55,918 nt of DNA from a virus (lineage: Duplodnaviria; Caudoviricetes), in the IMG/VR virus record IMGVR_UViG_3300022926_001762, positions 1-55,918 of that record, one strand, 5' to 3'. The position numbers and the translations under genes were made by a program. Every line of letters begins with the position of its first letter. Position 1 is the stretch's first letter. The notes under the pieces are model-generated. The model saw nothing but the letters and a program-made list of their open reading frames with translations, did not search any database and had not been told where the DNA came from. This document shows, in pieces, positions 1 through 7,392 of this stretch.

Positions 1-278
1 CATGCAGAAACTATAATGTACATTCGCTATATTAATTAAACATAGAGTCCTTGATTATTTATTATCATAGCGTACTGTTGTACGTATCATGATAGTGAAC
101 CGTACATAATCATATAGGCAAAGACTGGTGTGTAAACTCTGTCATCATTCTATTCAATGCAACGCATTGACAATCACACATTAAGCCCGTGTTGTTGATA
201 GTGATGTAGCTTTAGAATAGAGAGATATGACGGCAGGTATAACCCCTCCTCTCCGTGTGTGTGATAACAAAAGGAATG

Positions 279-457
279 AGCGATAGCGAATACCTATAAG
301 CGAGCGAAGCGAGCGGTAAGGGGGTGGGTACACAAAATACCTCAACGAACAACCGTAAAATAAAACGTAAAATGAATGCAGCTGTATATCTCTACAGTCT
401 GTAAGTAAAAGCTAAAAAAATCTGGACAGCAAAGTACGAGAGCAATGGGGGTGGGTA
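279..457. repeat. GAGCG(A) short repeats and a direct repeat GGGGGTGGGTA (320-330, 447-457) in the non-coding left region
   Basis: GAGCGATAGCGAA...AAGCGAGCGAAGCGAGCGG precedes the first of two exact 11-nt G-rich copies in otherwise AT-rich DNA. Confidence 0.6.
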
Positions 458-581
458 AATGTAAAACGTTTTCCATACGATGATTGTGATCTCAGAATCT
501 TATAGAACCCAATACCTCTTCATATGTGCCATTTTTTAAAATAGTCTTACTAACCTAGTAAATGGTATACAGGGGTTTTTA

Positions 582-640
582 TATATTTGCCACATATAAA
601 CAAGGAATATTGTTTTTCTGCCACATAAGTTGTATATTTG
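582..640 (+). promoter_or_regulatory. Two Bacteroidota-type -7 boxes (TATATTTG) upstream of groEL
   Basis: TATATTTG at 582-589 and 633-640 matches the TAnnTTTG consensus. Confidence 0.45.
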
Positions 641-666
641 ATCAAACACAGGCGTTATGAGAGGTA

Positions 667-885
667 TTGTCCACAAAACTACACAGGTATTCACACAGTC
701 AGAAAGGCTGTCAGCACTAGATTTGGTAGGGTCTGCGAGAACTAATGAGTGGAATTCTACACAGCAATTCACACAGAGATCTACACACTGGATATATTCG
801 GTTGTAATAGCTATTGTATTTACAGTTATTGTAATAGCTTGTATATAGCTATTGTATAATATATATATATATATAATAAAATATA
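667..885. repeat. Iteron-like direct repeats followed by an AT-rich/(AT)n tract; candidate replication origin or regulatory region
   Basis: CTACACAGgtATTCACACAG (679-698) and CTACACAGcaATTCACACAG (757-776); TTGTCCACA (667-675); TTGTAATAGCT at 802-812 and 829-839; (AT)n at about 859-875. Confidence 0.45.
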
Positions 886-907
886 ATATAATAAATAACA
901 TAAACAA

Positions 908-2500
908 ATGATTGAGAAAAAAATTTACTTTGGAGAGGACGCTTGGGAGAAAATCGTAAGCGGAGTACAGAAATTAGATGAGGCTGTTGGGTCTACTTTG
1001 GGTCCAAATGGTAGAACGGTTATCCTAGAGGACGACTTTGGCAATCCTCATGTAACAAAAGATGGTATTACTGTAGCTCAGAGCTTGGTGCTATCTGACC
1101 CTGTTGAGCACTTAGCAATGAGTACTGTTCGCCAGGCTTCTAAAAAAACAGCGCTTCGCGCTGGAGATGGAACTACTTCGTCTATAGTTTTGGCTCATGC
1201 ATTATTACGGATCATTGGAAAAAACCAAAGCGAAAATGCTAGTGTCCATGAAATCAAGAAGGGGGTTTACGACTGCATGAAGGAAGCTGTCAAGAGAATT
1301 AAAGAAGTTAGTCAAGACATCGACAATACAAAATTGAAGCAAGTTGCTACTTTATCGGCAAATGGCGATGAGTTTATCGGAGGTCTTATTGCTTCTGCAT
1401 TTGAAAAGGTTGGTAAAGACGGTGTTGTTTCGGTTGAGGAATCGTACAACGAAGAGTCGTACATGACTTTGAAGGAAGGAACTAAGATTGACAGAGGGTA
1501 TGCTTCTCATCACATGGTTACAGACCTCAACAAAAGAGAATTTTCAGTTAAAGATCCGCTTATTTTAGTTTGTGCTGCCGAAATTCAGGGACCTCAACAG
1601 ATTTTGAGTGTTCTTGAGTTTTGTGCAAAGAACAACTTTCCAATCATTATCGTAGCAAACACAAGTGACGAGTTTGTTGCTACAATGATCTTGAACAATA
1701 GACAAGGAAGATTTAAGTCTTGCGTGGTTAATCCTCCTGGAATAGGATACAAGAGAGACGAGCTGCTTCAGGATCTAGCGCTTATGACAGGGGCTGAGTT
1801 TATCAGCGAAGACATGGGAACTGACCTAGGGTCTATAACTCCTGATATGCTTGGTAGAGCCTCGAAGGTTGTTGTCAAGGAAGGGGAAACCGTTCTATTT
1901 ATCGACGAGCAACCAGAGGAAGTTGACCAAATCAAAGCTCATTTACATGAGATGATGCAGGATATTAAAAACGAAGACCAGATGTGGCATTTAAGAGATA
2001 GGCTATCTAAGCTTACTGGAGGTGTGGCGACGATAAATGTTGGGGCTTCGACAGAAGTAGAGATGAAAGAGAAGAAAGACCGAGTGGATGACGCAATATC
2101 AGCCTCCAGAATAGCCTTAAAAGAAGGTGTTTTGCCAGGAGGAGGGGCTTTCTTGCTAAAATTATCGAAAAGACTAAAAAAAGCATGGGATAAAGAAGCA
2201 AATTTAACAGATTCTTACAAAGAAGGATGGGGTTTTATGTGTAAATCGTTAGAAGCTCCTGTTAGAAGATTGCTAGATAACAGCTATTACGATGAAGATA
2301 CTAAAAAAACCATCTTAATAAAGGTTTCAAGCTCAGATAACTTTATCGGATACAATGTTAAGAGCGAAAAAATAGAAGATTTGCTGGAAACTGGAATAAT
2401 TGACCCTACGGCAGTTACCATAAACGTGTTAGAAAACGCCGTAAGTGTGGTTTCTGAGCTAATAACAACAGATTGTGTAATAACAAACGTAAGAGCATGA
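908..2500 (+). CDS. groEL: Phage-encoded chaperonin GroEL (Cpn60)
   Basis: TLGPNGR, VTKDGITVA, AGDGTTS, EMKEKKDRVDDA, GVLPGGG and GIIDP motifs; 530 aa; lacks the GGM tail. Confidence 0.97.
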   Translation: MIEKKIYFGEDAWEKIVSGVQKLDEAVGSTLGPNGRTVILEDDFGNPHVTKDGITVAQSLVLSDPVEHLAMSTVRQASKKTALRAGDGTTSSIVLAHALLRIIGKNQSENASVHEIKKGVYDCMKEAVKRIKEVSQDIDNTKLKQVATLSANGDEFIGGLIASAFEKVGKDGVVSVEESYNEESYMTLKEGTKIDRGYASHHMVTDLNKREFSVKDPLILVCAAEIQGPQQILSVLEFCAKNNFPIIIVANTSDEFVATMILNNRQGRFKSCVVNPPGIGYKRDELLQDLALMTGAEFISEDMGTDLGSITPDMLGRASKVVVKEGETVLFIDEQPEEVDQIKAHLHEMMQDIKNEDQMWHLRDRLSKLTGGVATINVGASTEVEMKEKKDRVDDAISASRIALKEGVLPGGGAFLLKLSKRLKKAWDKEANLTDSYKEGWGFMCKSLEAPVRRLLDNSYYDEDTKKTILIKVSSSDNFIGYNVKSEKIEDLLETGIIDPTAVTINVLENAVSVVSELITTDCVITNVRA

Positions 2501-2751
2501 AAGCATTAGGATTATTTGTGGTTATAAAGCCAATTTCAGAGAGAATAGAGTCTAAAGGAGTCATTTTATCGGCTCAAACAGAGAAAAACGTTAGATATCT
2601 TCCAGGAGAAGTCATTACTTGCGGAAGCGATGTTAAAATGCTAGAACCAGGCGACGAAATATACTACGATAAGATGGCTGCAAGCGATATTAGAGTAGGT
2701 GAGGACAAATATCTGGTTCTTATGGAAAATGGATGCGTTGTTAAAAAATGA
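2497..2751 (+). CDS. groES: Co-chaperonin GroES (Cpn10)
   Basis: ATG at 2497 overlaps the groEL stop (ATGA); MKALGLFVVIKP...GVIL...GEVITCG..V..LEPGDEIYY pattern; about 84 aa. Confidence 0.85.
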   Translation: MKALGLFVVIKPISERIESKGVILSAQTEKNVRYLPGEVITCGSDVKMLEPGDEIYYDKMAASDIRVGEDKYLVLMENGCVVKK

Positions 2752-3488
2752 AAAAAATCCCTTTATTTGATTATGAAAGGGATAGGATAATAATGGAGAC
2801 GTCTTTTGTCTACAAAGGACAAGAATATTTGTTTTTCCCCGAAGGAGTTGACTTTTACTCCCTCTACAGAAGCGAGAGGAAGGTTAACTCTTTACAGGAA
2901 ATCGAATATATAGGCGAAAAATTTATGTGGCTTAACAAGGATTTTGACTTCAAGTTGTTTTGTTCGCACATGATTGAGATGACGGACAGATCAAATGGAC
3001 ATGTAATTAGAACATACTCAAAAGAAAAAATCATAACTGCTTGTGAATCAGCATATAACGGAATACTTAGCGGTAAAATTCCTTACTGCGCTAGAAGAAG
3101 AAAGGTAATTTTTAATCCTGTAAAGATGATAGAAAAAAGCGAAAAAATAAAAATAGTAAATAGTCTTTTACACCCAAGAAAAGTATTTGAAGAAAAAGAT
3201 ATTTGGGACGCTGTAGATGTTATAGAAGGTAAAATAACCATGAAAAGCCTCGGAGAGCAATTGAATTGTAGCCCTCCTACGGTAAGAAAAAGCATAAATG
3301 ACAGTATGCTATTAAAAATTAAAGAAATAAACGAGGAAAGAAAGAAGATACGTCACCAGAATCTCATTTTAAGCGCAATTAAGAGCATTATAGACGAAGG
3401 GTCTAAGGTTACCGTGCGAGAGGTGAAAAGAAGGGTTCCTGTTAGAGATCAAGCCCTTCTTCGCTGGATTGCTTACCACGAATCTTAG
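2748..3488 (+). CDS. Hypothetical protein with a C-terminal helix-turn-helix-like region
   Basis: 246-aa ORF coupled to groES by ATGA overlap; ITMKSLGEQLNCSPPTVRKSI resembles an HTH. Confidence 0.6.
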   Translation: MKKIPLFDYERDRIIMETSFVYKGQEYLFFPEGVDFYSLYRSERKVNSLQEIEYIGEKFMWLNKDFDFKLFCSHMIEMTDRSNGHVIRTYSKEKIITACESAYNGILSGKIPYCARRRKVIFNPVKMIEKSEKIKIVNSLLHPRKVFEEKDIWDAVDVIEGKITMKSLGEQLNCSPPTVRKSINDSMLLKIKEINEERKKIRHQNLILSAIKSIIDEGSKVTVREVKRRVPVRDQALLRWIAYHES

Positions 3489-3966
3489 CGTTCATCTTTT
3501 TTATAGCCATTCTATAAACTCTATCGGTGTAAGTGTCCCCTTTCATTATGGGGTTTATTCTTGGGTTTTCACTGAAGGTTTCTTTCATCAAGAGCCTCTT
3601 GTATACGTGGTTAACTATTCTCTTTGATTTTGCAGACAGCTCGTAAATAGCCTTTCTGTTTGATACCTCGTTCTTTTTTCTCCAAACAACAATGTATTCT
3701 GCTTCTCTAAGTTTCCAAAAACGATCCCTGTCCCATTCCATGATGTTTGCATAATCTTTAAATGCAGCAGAGTCGAATCTGCCTTCATCATACAAAAAAA
3801 GAAGCATTTCTAAATCTGATTCCTTCAAATCATACTTTCTTTTCACGTAATACCTTACTATTCTCCAGTATTTCAAGAAGTTATATTTTCTTTCTCTTTC
3901 GTATCCTATATGATATTTTTCCTTTTGTTTTACTCTCTTTCGGAGCATGGGTCTTTTTTTATGCAT
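3442..3966 (-). CDS. Putative winged-helix (MarR-like) DNA-binding protein
   Basis: Basic 174-aa ORF; LKESDLEMLLFLYD...LREAEYIVVW...YELSAKSKRIV fits a wHTH layout. Confidence 0.6.
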   Translation of the reverse strand: MHKKRPMLRKRVKQKEKYHIGYERERKYNFLKYWRIVRYYVKRKYDLKESDLEMLLFLYDEGRFDSAAFKDYANIMEWDRDRFWKLREAEYIVVWRKKNEVSNRKAIYELSAKSKRIVNHVYKRLLMKETFSENPRINPIMKGDTYTDRVYRMAIKKMNAKIRGKQSSEEGLDL

Positions 3967-3990
3967 ATAAAAGTGAATTTTATTTATTTG

Positions 3991-3998
3991 TATATTTG
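3991..3998 (+). promoter_or_regulatory. Bacteroidota -7 promoter box
   Basis: TATATTTG 14 nt upstream of the ATG at 4013. Confidence 0.6.
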
Positions 3999-4012
3999 CT
4001 CATGATAAGATA

Positions 4013-4330
4013 ATGATAAAATCATTAGAAATGGCATCAAAAGTAGACAAATCAAGCATGGCTTGCAACAAGCCAAGAGCTAGCACTAGACCAGGAAAGA
4101 AAAAAATGGTTAAGGCATGTTCTGGAGGTACAGAAAAAATAATACATTTCGGCGCTAAAGGATATGGTCATAATTACTCTTCTGCTGCCAGAAAATCATT
4201 CAAAGCCAGACACAAGTGTGGATCAGCTACAAATAAATTGAGCGCTAGATACTGGGCTTGCAAAAACTTATGGGCTGGAAAAGGAGGGTCCACTAAATCA
4301 TCTCCTAAATCAAAACAAGGAAAATATTAA
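4013..4330 (+). CDS. Small basic conserved phage protein (DUF6321-like); alternative start at 4031
   Basis: KIIHFGAKGY...ARKSFKARHKC...KLSARYWAC motif, recalled from phage and giant-virus small proteins. Confidence 0.65.
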   Translation: MIKSLEMASKVDKSSMACNKPRASTRPGKKKMVKACSGGTEKIIHFGAKGYGHNYSSAARKSFKARHKCGSATNKLSARYWACKNLWAGKGGSTKSSPKSKQGKY

Positions 4331-4333
4331 AAA

Positions 4334-4663
4334 ATGGATCCATTAAAAGTTAAAAGAAAAAAAGCTAAAATCAAAAGCAATCCTTCTAGTAAAGAATTTA
4401 CTGGAGTTGGTTCAACCAATTACACAGGAAATAAAAAATCAGAACAAGGTCCTAAGGAAAAACCAGCTGGCTACGGTCTAAGACCAGACAGGGCAGACCT
4501 AACTAAGCCTAGTTACGAAAACACTCCTTTCAAAAACAGAGACATCGATACGTTGATGAGTAAAAGAAAAAAGTTTGCTCCTGAGCCAGTAAAAGATGTA
4601 CAGGTTACAAACAAGAAAGGTGAAAGTAAAATGATTTACAAACCAGGAAAATATAAAAACTAA
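4334..4663 (+). CDS. Lys-rich hypothetical protein
   Basis: 109-aa ORF tightly packed in the operon. Confidence 0.7.
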   Translation: MDPLKVKRKKAKIKSNPSSKEFTGVGSTNYTGNKKSEQGPKEKPAGYGLRPDRADLTKPSYENTPFKNRDIDTLMSKRKKFAPEPVKDVQVTNKKGESKMIYKPGKYKN

Positions 4664-4831
4664 ATGGCACATCCACTAAAAGGACATAAAGGACTTGGGG
4701 ACACCGTTGAGGCTTTCACTACCGCCACTGGGATCAAATCTATTGTTGACAAAGCAGCTAAAGCTATGAATAAAGATTGCGGATGCTCGGGCAGAAAAAA
4801 AACGCTTAACGACATGTTTCCTTACAAATAA
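4664..4831 (+). CDS. Small conserved phage protein (GLGD...CGC..R...LN motif), 55 aa, absent from the ORF track
   Basis: Manual translation MAHPLKGHKGLGDTVEAFTTATGIKSIVDKAAKAMNKDCGCSGRKKTLNDMFPYK; ATG immediately follows the previous stop. Confidence 0.8.
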   Translation: MAHPLKGHKGLGDTVEAFTTATGIKSIVDKAAKAMNKDCGCSGRKKTLNDMFPYK

Positions 4832-4863
4832 AAAAATCAAAAGTATTTTTTAAAAAATAGAAA

Positions 4864-5253
4864 ATGGCTAAAAAAACAACAGAAGGTAAAACAAACCCTT
4901 CATACGAGAAGAACAATTTAAAGAACACTACTATAGATAGGCTAAGAAGGTTAGAGCCAGAAAGCAGCTTTAACACAGAAGACGCTATTAGTAGAGCTAA
5001 AACTAATGCTAGATTCCAAACATCTATAGCTCCTAAAGATACGGTAAACGTTACTGGCTATACTAAAGATGGGAAAGAATATAGAATGTTTTCTAAAAAG
5101 GGATCACCTAACGAAAAGATGCAAAAAGATATGGGAGGAATATCAAATGCTTTTAGACCTGTAGTATACGATACTCCCCAAGAAGATCCTTATTACGTAG
5201 GAAACTATAGTTACAAAAAACCAACAGAAAATAAAAAAACCACAAAAAAATAA
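4864..5253 (+). CDS. Hypothetical protein
   Basis: 129-aa ORF with an A-rich leader. Confidence 0.7.
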   Translation: MAKKTTEGKTNPSYEKNNLKNTTIDRLRRLEPESSFNTEDAISRAKTNARFQTSIAPKDTVNVTGYTKDGKEYRMFSKKGSPNEKMQKDMGGISNAFRPVVYDTPQEDPYYVGNYSYKKPTENKKTTKK

Positions 5254-5259
5254 AAAATC

Positions 5260-5385
5260 ATGAGAGGAATTAACGAAACAAAAGCTGATTATTTTAAAAG
5301 AATTGGAAAAACAGTCGAAACTCCGAAGGTAGAGGCTCAAGTAGAAACCAAGAAAGAAGTTAAGTCTTCTAAAAAAAAGAAATAA
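5260..5385 (+). CDS. Small Lys-rich protein, 41 aa, absent from the ORF track
   Basis: MRGINETKADYFKRIGKTVETPKVEAQVETKKEVKSSKKKK fills the gap between neighbouring genes. Confidence 0.65.
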   Translation: MRGINETKADYFKRIGKTVETPKVEAQVETKKEVKSSKKKK

Positions 5386-5391
5386 CATAAA

Positions 5392-5541
5392 ATGGAAGAT
5401 TTGAAGATATATACATTGAATGGAGTAGCCTTACTGTTTAGTATGTCGCAAATAAATCCTTATCTTCAAACAATTTCATTATTATTGGCGATAGTTTATA
5501 CAGCGATACAGATATATAAAAAATTATTTAGAAATGGCTAA
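5392..5541 (+). CDS. Small membrane protein, holin-like, 49 aa, absent from the ORF track
   Basis: MEDLKIYTLNGVALLFSMSQINPYLQTISLLLAIVYTAIQIYKKLFRNG: two hydrophobic segments and a basic tail, near the endolysin. Confidence 0.65.
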   Translation: MEDLKIYTLNGVALLFSMSQINPYLQTISLLLAIVYTAIQIYKKLFRNG

Positions 5542-5821
5542 AATAGATATTGACGGTGACGGTAAAGCAGACTTGAGTATATCTCTTGGTCAAATAATTA
5601 TGATTGGCACTTTGCTTGCCTCTATAATAGGCTCTTACTACACTTTAAGCGGTAGGTTAGCCATTGCAGAAGCCGAAGTATCTAAGCTAAAGTACAATGA
5701 GAAGGAATACACCTGGAAAGCTCAAAGAGCGATAGAGGCAGAAGTTGATAAAATGATGCTCGAAATGAGAGATTTTATGAAAGATCTTGAGTATCTTCAA
5801 AAAGACAAAAAAAATAGATAA
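5534..5821 (+). CDS. Single-pass membrane protein with coiled coil (possible lysis accessory)
   Basis: DIDGDGKAD loop, TM segment LGQIIMIGTLLASIIGSYY, helical C-terminus. Confidence 0.65.
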   Translation: MAKIDIDGDGKADLSISLGQIIMIGTLLASIIGSYYTLSGRLAIAEAEVSKLKYNEKEYTWKAQRAIEAEVDKMMLEMRDFMKDLEYLQKDKKNR

Positions 5822-5824
5822 GCT

Positions 5825-6073
5825 ATGGGATTAGGTAAATCTGCAAAGTATTATGCCAGCAATCCTTTAGCAAGGGCTAAGAAGCTTGCATACGACAAAA
5901 AGTATCAAAAGAAGCCAAGCGCAGTAAAGAAGCGTATTGAGTGCAACAAATGGAATAGAAAAAACGGAACCTATGGTAACGGAGATGAAATGGATTGCTC
6001 TCACAAAGACGGAACATTAATATCAGAACACAGAAAACCTAACCGAGCAAGGGGAGGCGCATTAAGAAAATAA
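5825..6073 (+). CDS. Small basic protein with a degenerate HNH-like motif
   Basis: GDEMDCSHKDG...NRARGG resembles short phage HNH-like proteins. Confidence 0.55.
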   Translation: MGLGKSAKYYASNPLARAKKLAYDKKYQKKPSAVKKRIECNKWNRKNGTYGNGDEMDCSHKDGTLISEHRKPNRARGGALRK

Positions 6074-6093
6074 ATCAACATAAAACAATAAAC

Positions 6094-6390
6094 ATGAATT
6101 TAATTTACATTACCCTAGGATTATTAATTTTATTAATAATAGTTAATATTACAGCAATCTACCTTACTAAAAAAGGTCTGACCAAAGACGAAAACAACAA
6201 TATGATTCCAGATATTCTTGAGGAAAAGTTTTCTCAACTTAAAGAGGAAGTTTCATTTAAGGTTGATCGAGTTGGTGAAGAGATGAAAGACGTTACAAAA
6301 GCAATCAAAGAAGTTGGAAGCCAACTAGGCGATGTTCCAAAAGCTATCGTAACAGGTAAATCTAGATCTGGACGCAAGCCCAAAAAATAA
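6094..6390 (+). CDS. Membrane-anchored coiled-coil protein (possible lysis accessory)
   Basis: N-terminal hydrophobic helix, DENNNMIPD loop, helical region; directly upstream of the endolysin. Confidence 0.65.
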   Translation: MNLIYITLGLLILLIIVNITAIYLTKKGLTKDENNNMIPDILEEKFSQLKEEVSFKVDRVGEEMKDVTKAIKEVGSQLGDVPKAIVTGKSRSGRKPKK

Positions 6391-6396
6391 TCTTCA

Positions 6397-6855
6397 ATGA
6401 AAATAAGCGATCACATTTCTTTTAAAGAAGCGATTAGGTCGAATACAGCTAAAAGACTAAACATAGATAATAGTCCGAATGGTTACCAGATATCAAATAT
6501 GGTGGGAATTGCTGTAAAAGTCTTTGAGCCTCTTCGAGAGTGGGTTGGGGGACCTGTCAAAATAAATAGCTTTTTCAGATGTGAAAAATTGAATCGTGCT
6601 ATTGGTGGAGCAAAACGCTCACAACATTGTGAAGGTAGAGCTCTTGACCTGGATGATACATTTGGATATAAAACAAACGCTGAAATGTTTGAGTACATAA
6701 GGAAAAACCTAAACTTTGATCAACTTATCTGGGAATTTGGAGATGACGAGAATCCAGACTGGATACACGTATCTTATGTTTCAGATGACGAAAACAGAGG
6801 AAGATGTCTTATTGCCGAAAAGATAGACGGCAAAACTAAATACAGATATATATGA
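6397..6855 (+). CDS. Endolysin, peptidase M15A family (Zn-dependent)
   Basis: INSFFR..LNRAIGG..RSQHCEGRALD and WIHVS zinc-ligand motifs. Confidence 0.9.
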   Translation: MKISDHISFKEAIRSNTAKRLNIDNSPNGYQISNMVGIAVKVFEPLREWVGGPVKINSFFRCEKLNRAIGGAKRSQHCEGRALDLDDTFGYKTNAEMFEYIRKNLNFDQLIWEFGDDENPDWIHVSYVSDDENRGRCLIAEKIDGKTKYRYI

Positions 6856-7334
6856 GCGACCAGAACCAAAATAACACTAAAAAACCCTTTAAAGACACTG
6901 GATTAGGTAAGATATTGCTTGGAATTTTACCTGGAGTTGTAAAAGGGGCTTCTAAGTTTTTGCCAGACTCAGGGATTACTGGAATCATAAAGAATCTTAT
7001 AGACAATGACCCAGACATGTCTGATGAGGAAAAGGCTGCTGCTCACGATCAGTTGGTTCAGCTTTATAAGTTAGAGGTGGAGGATAGGGATTCTGCTCGA
7101 AAGAGAGAGGCTGCTATAATTAACTCTGGAGGAAAAGACTGGATGATGTCTTTGACTGGAATAGTTGGTTTATCTGCATTTGGTTTTTTAGTTTACACTG
7201 TTGTAACTACAAATGTTCCAGAAAGCAATAAAGAGATTTTTATTCATATGATCGGTATAGTAGAAGGTGTTGCTCTTAGCATTTTTGGATACTATTTCGG
7301 TTCGGCTGTAAAGAAGGACAATAAGAGCGACTAA
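6852..7334 (+). CDS. Holin (3TM, GTA-holin-like)
   Basis: EVEDRDSARKRE followed by two TM helices and FGYYFGS; ATGA overlap with the endolysin. Confidence 0.75.
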   Translation: MSDQNQNNTKKPFKDTGLGKILLGILPGVVKGASKFLPDSGITGIIKNLIDNDPDMSDEEKAAAHDQLVQLYKLEVEDRDSARKREAAIINSGGKDWMMSLTGIVGLSAFGFLVYTVVTTNVPESNKEIFIHMIGIVEGVALSIFGYYFGSAVKKDNKSD

Positions 7335-7371
7335 AGGACCATAGCTTAAATAAGTGTGTCCTGTTATTTTG

Positions 7372-7379
7372 TAAATTTG
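7372..7379 (+). promoter_or_regulatory. Bacteroidota -7 promoter box
   Basis: TAAATTTG 13 nt before the ATG at 7393. Confidence 0.65.
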
Positions 7380-7392
7380 CATAAAAAGCAAG

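Noticed and set aside
1-900. tRNA or known structured RNA genes
   Set aside because: No cloverleaf or T-loop signature recognised by eye here or in other intergenic gaps; tRNAscan/Infernal would be needed to exclude them
536-907. ORFs 536-907 (-) and 657-848 (+)
   Set aside because: They run through DNA repeats and an (AT)n tract with unnatural composition; more likely non-coding
2473-2496. Longer groES start given by the ORF track
   Set aside because: ATG at 2497 overlaps the groEL stop and gives a canonical GroES N-terminus
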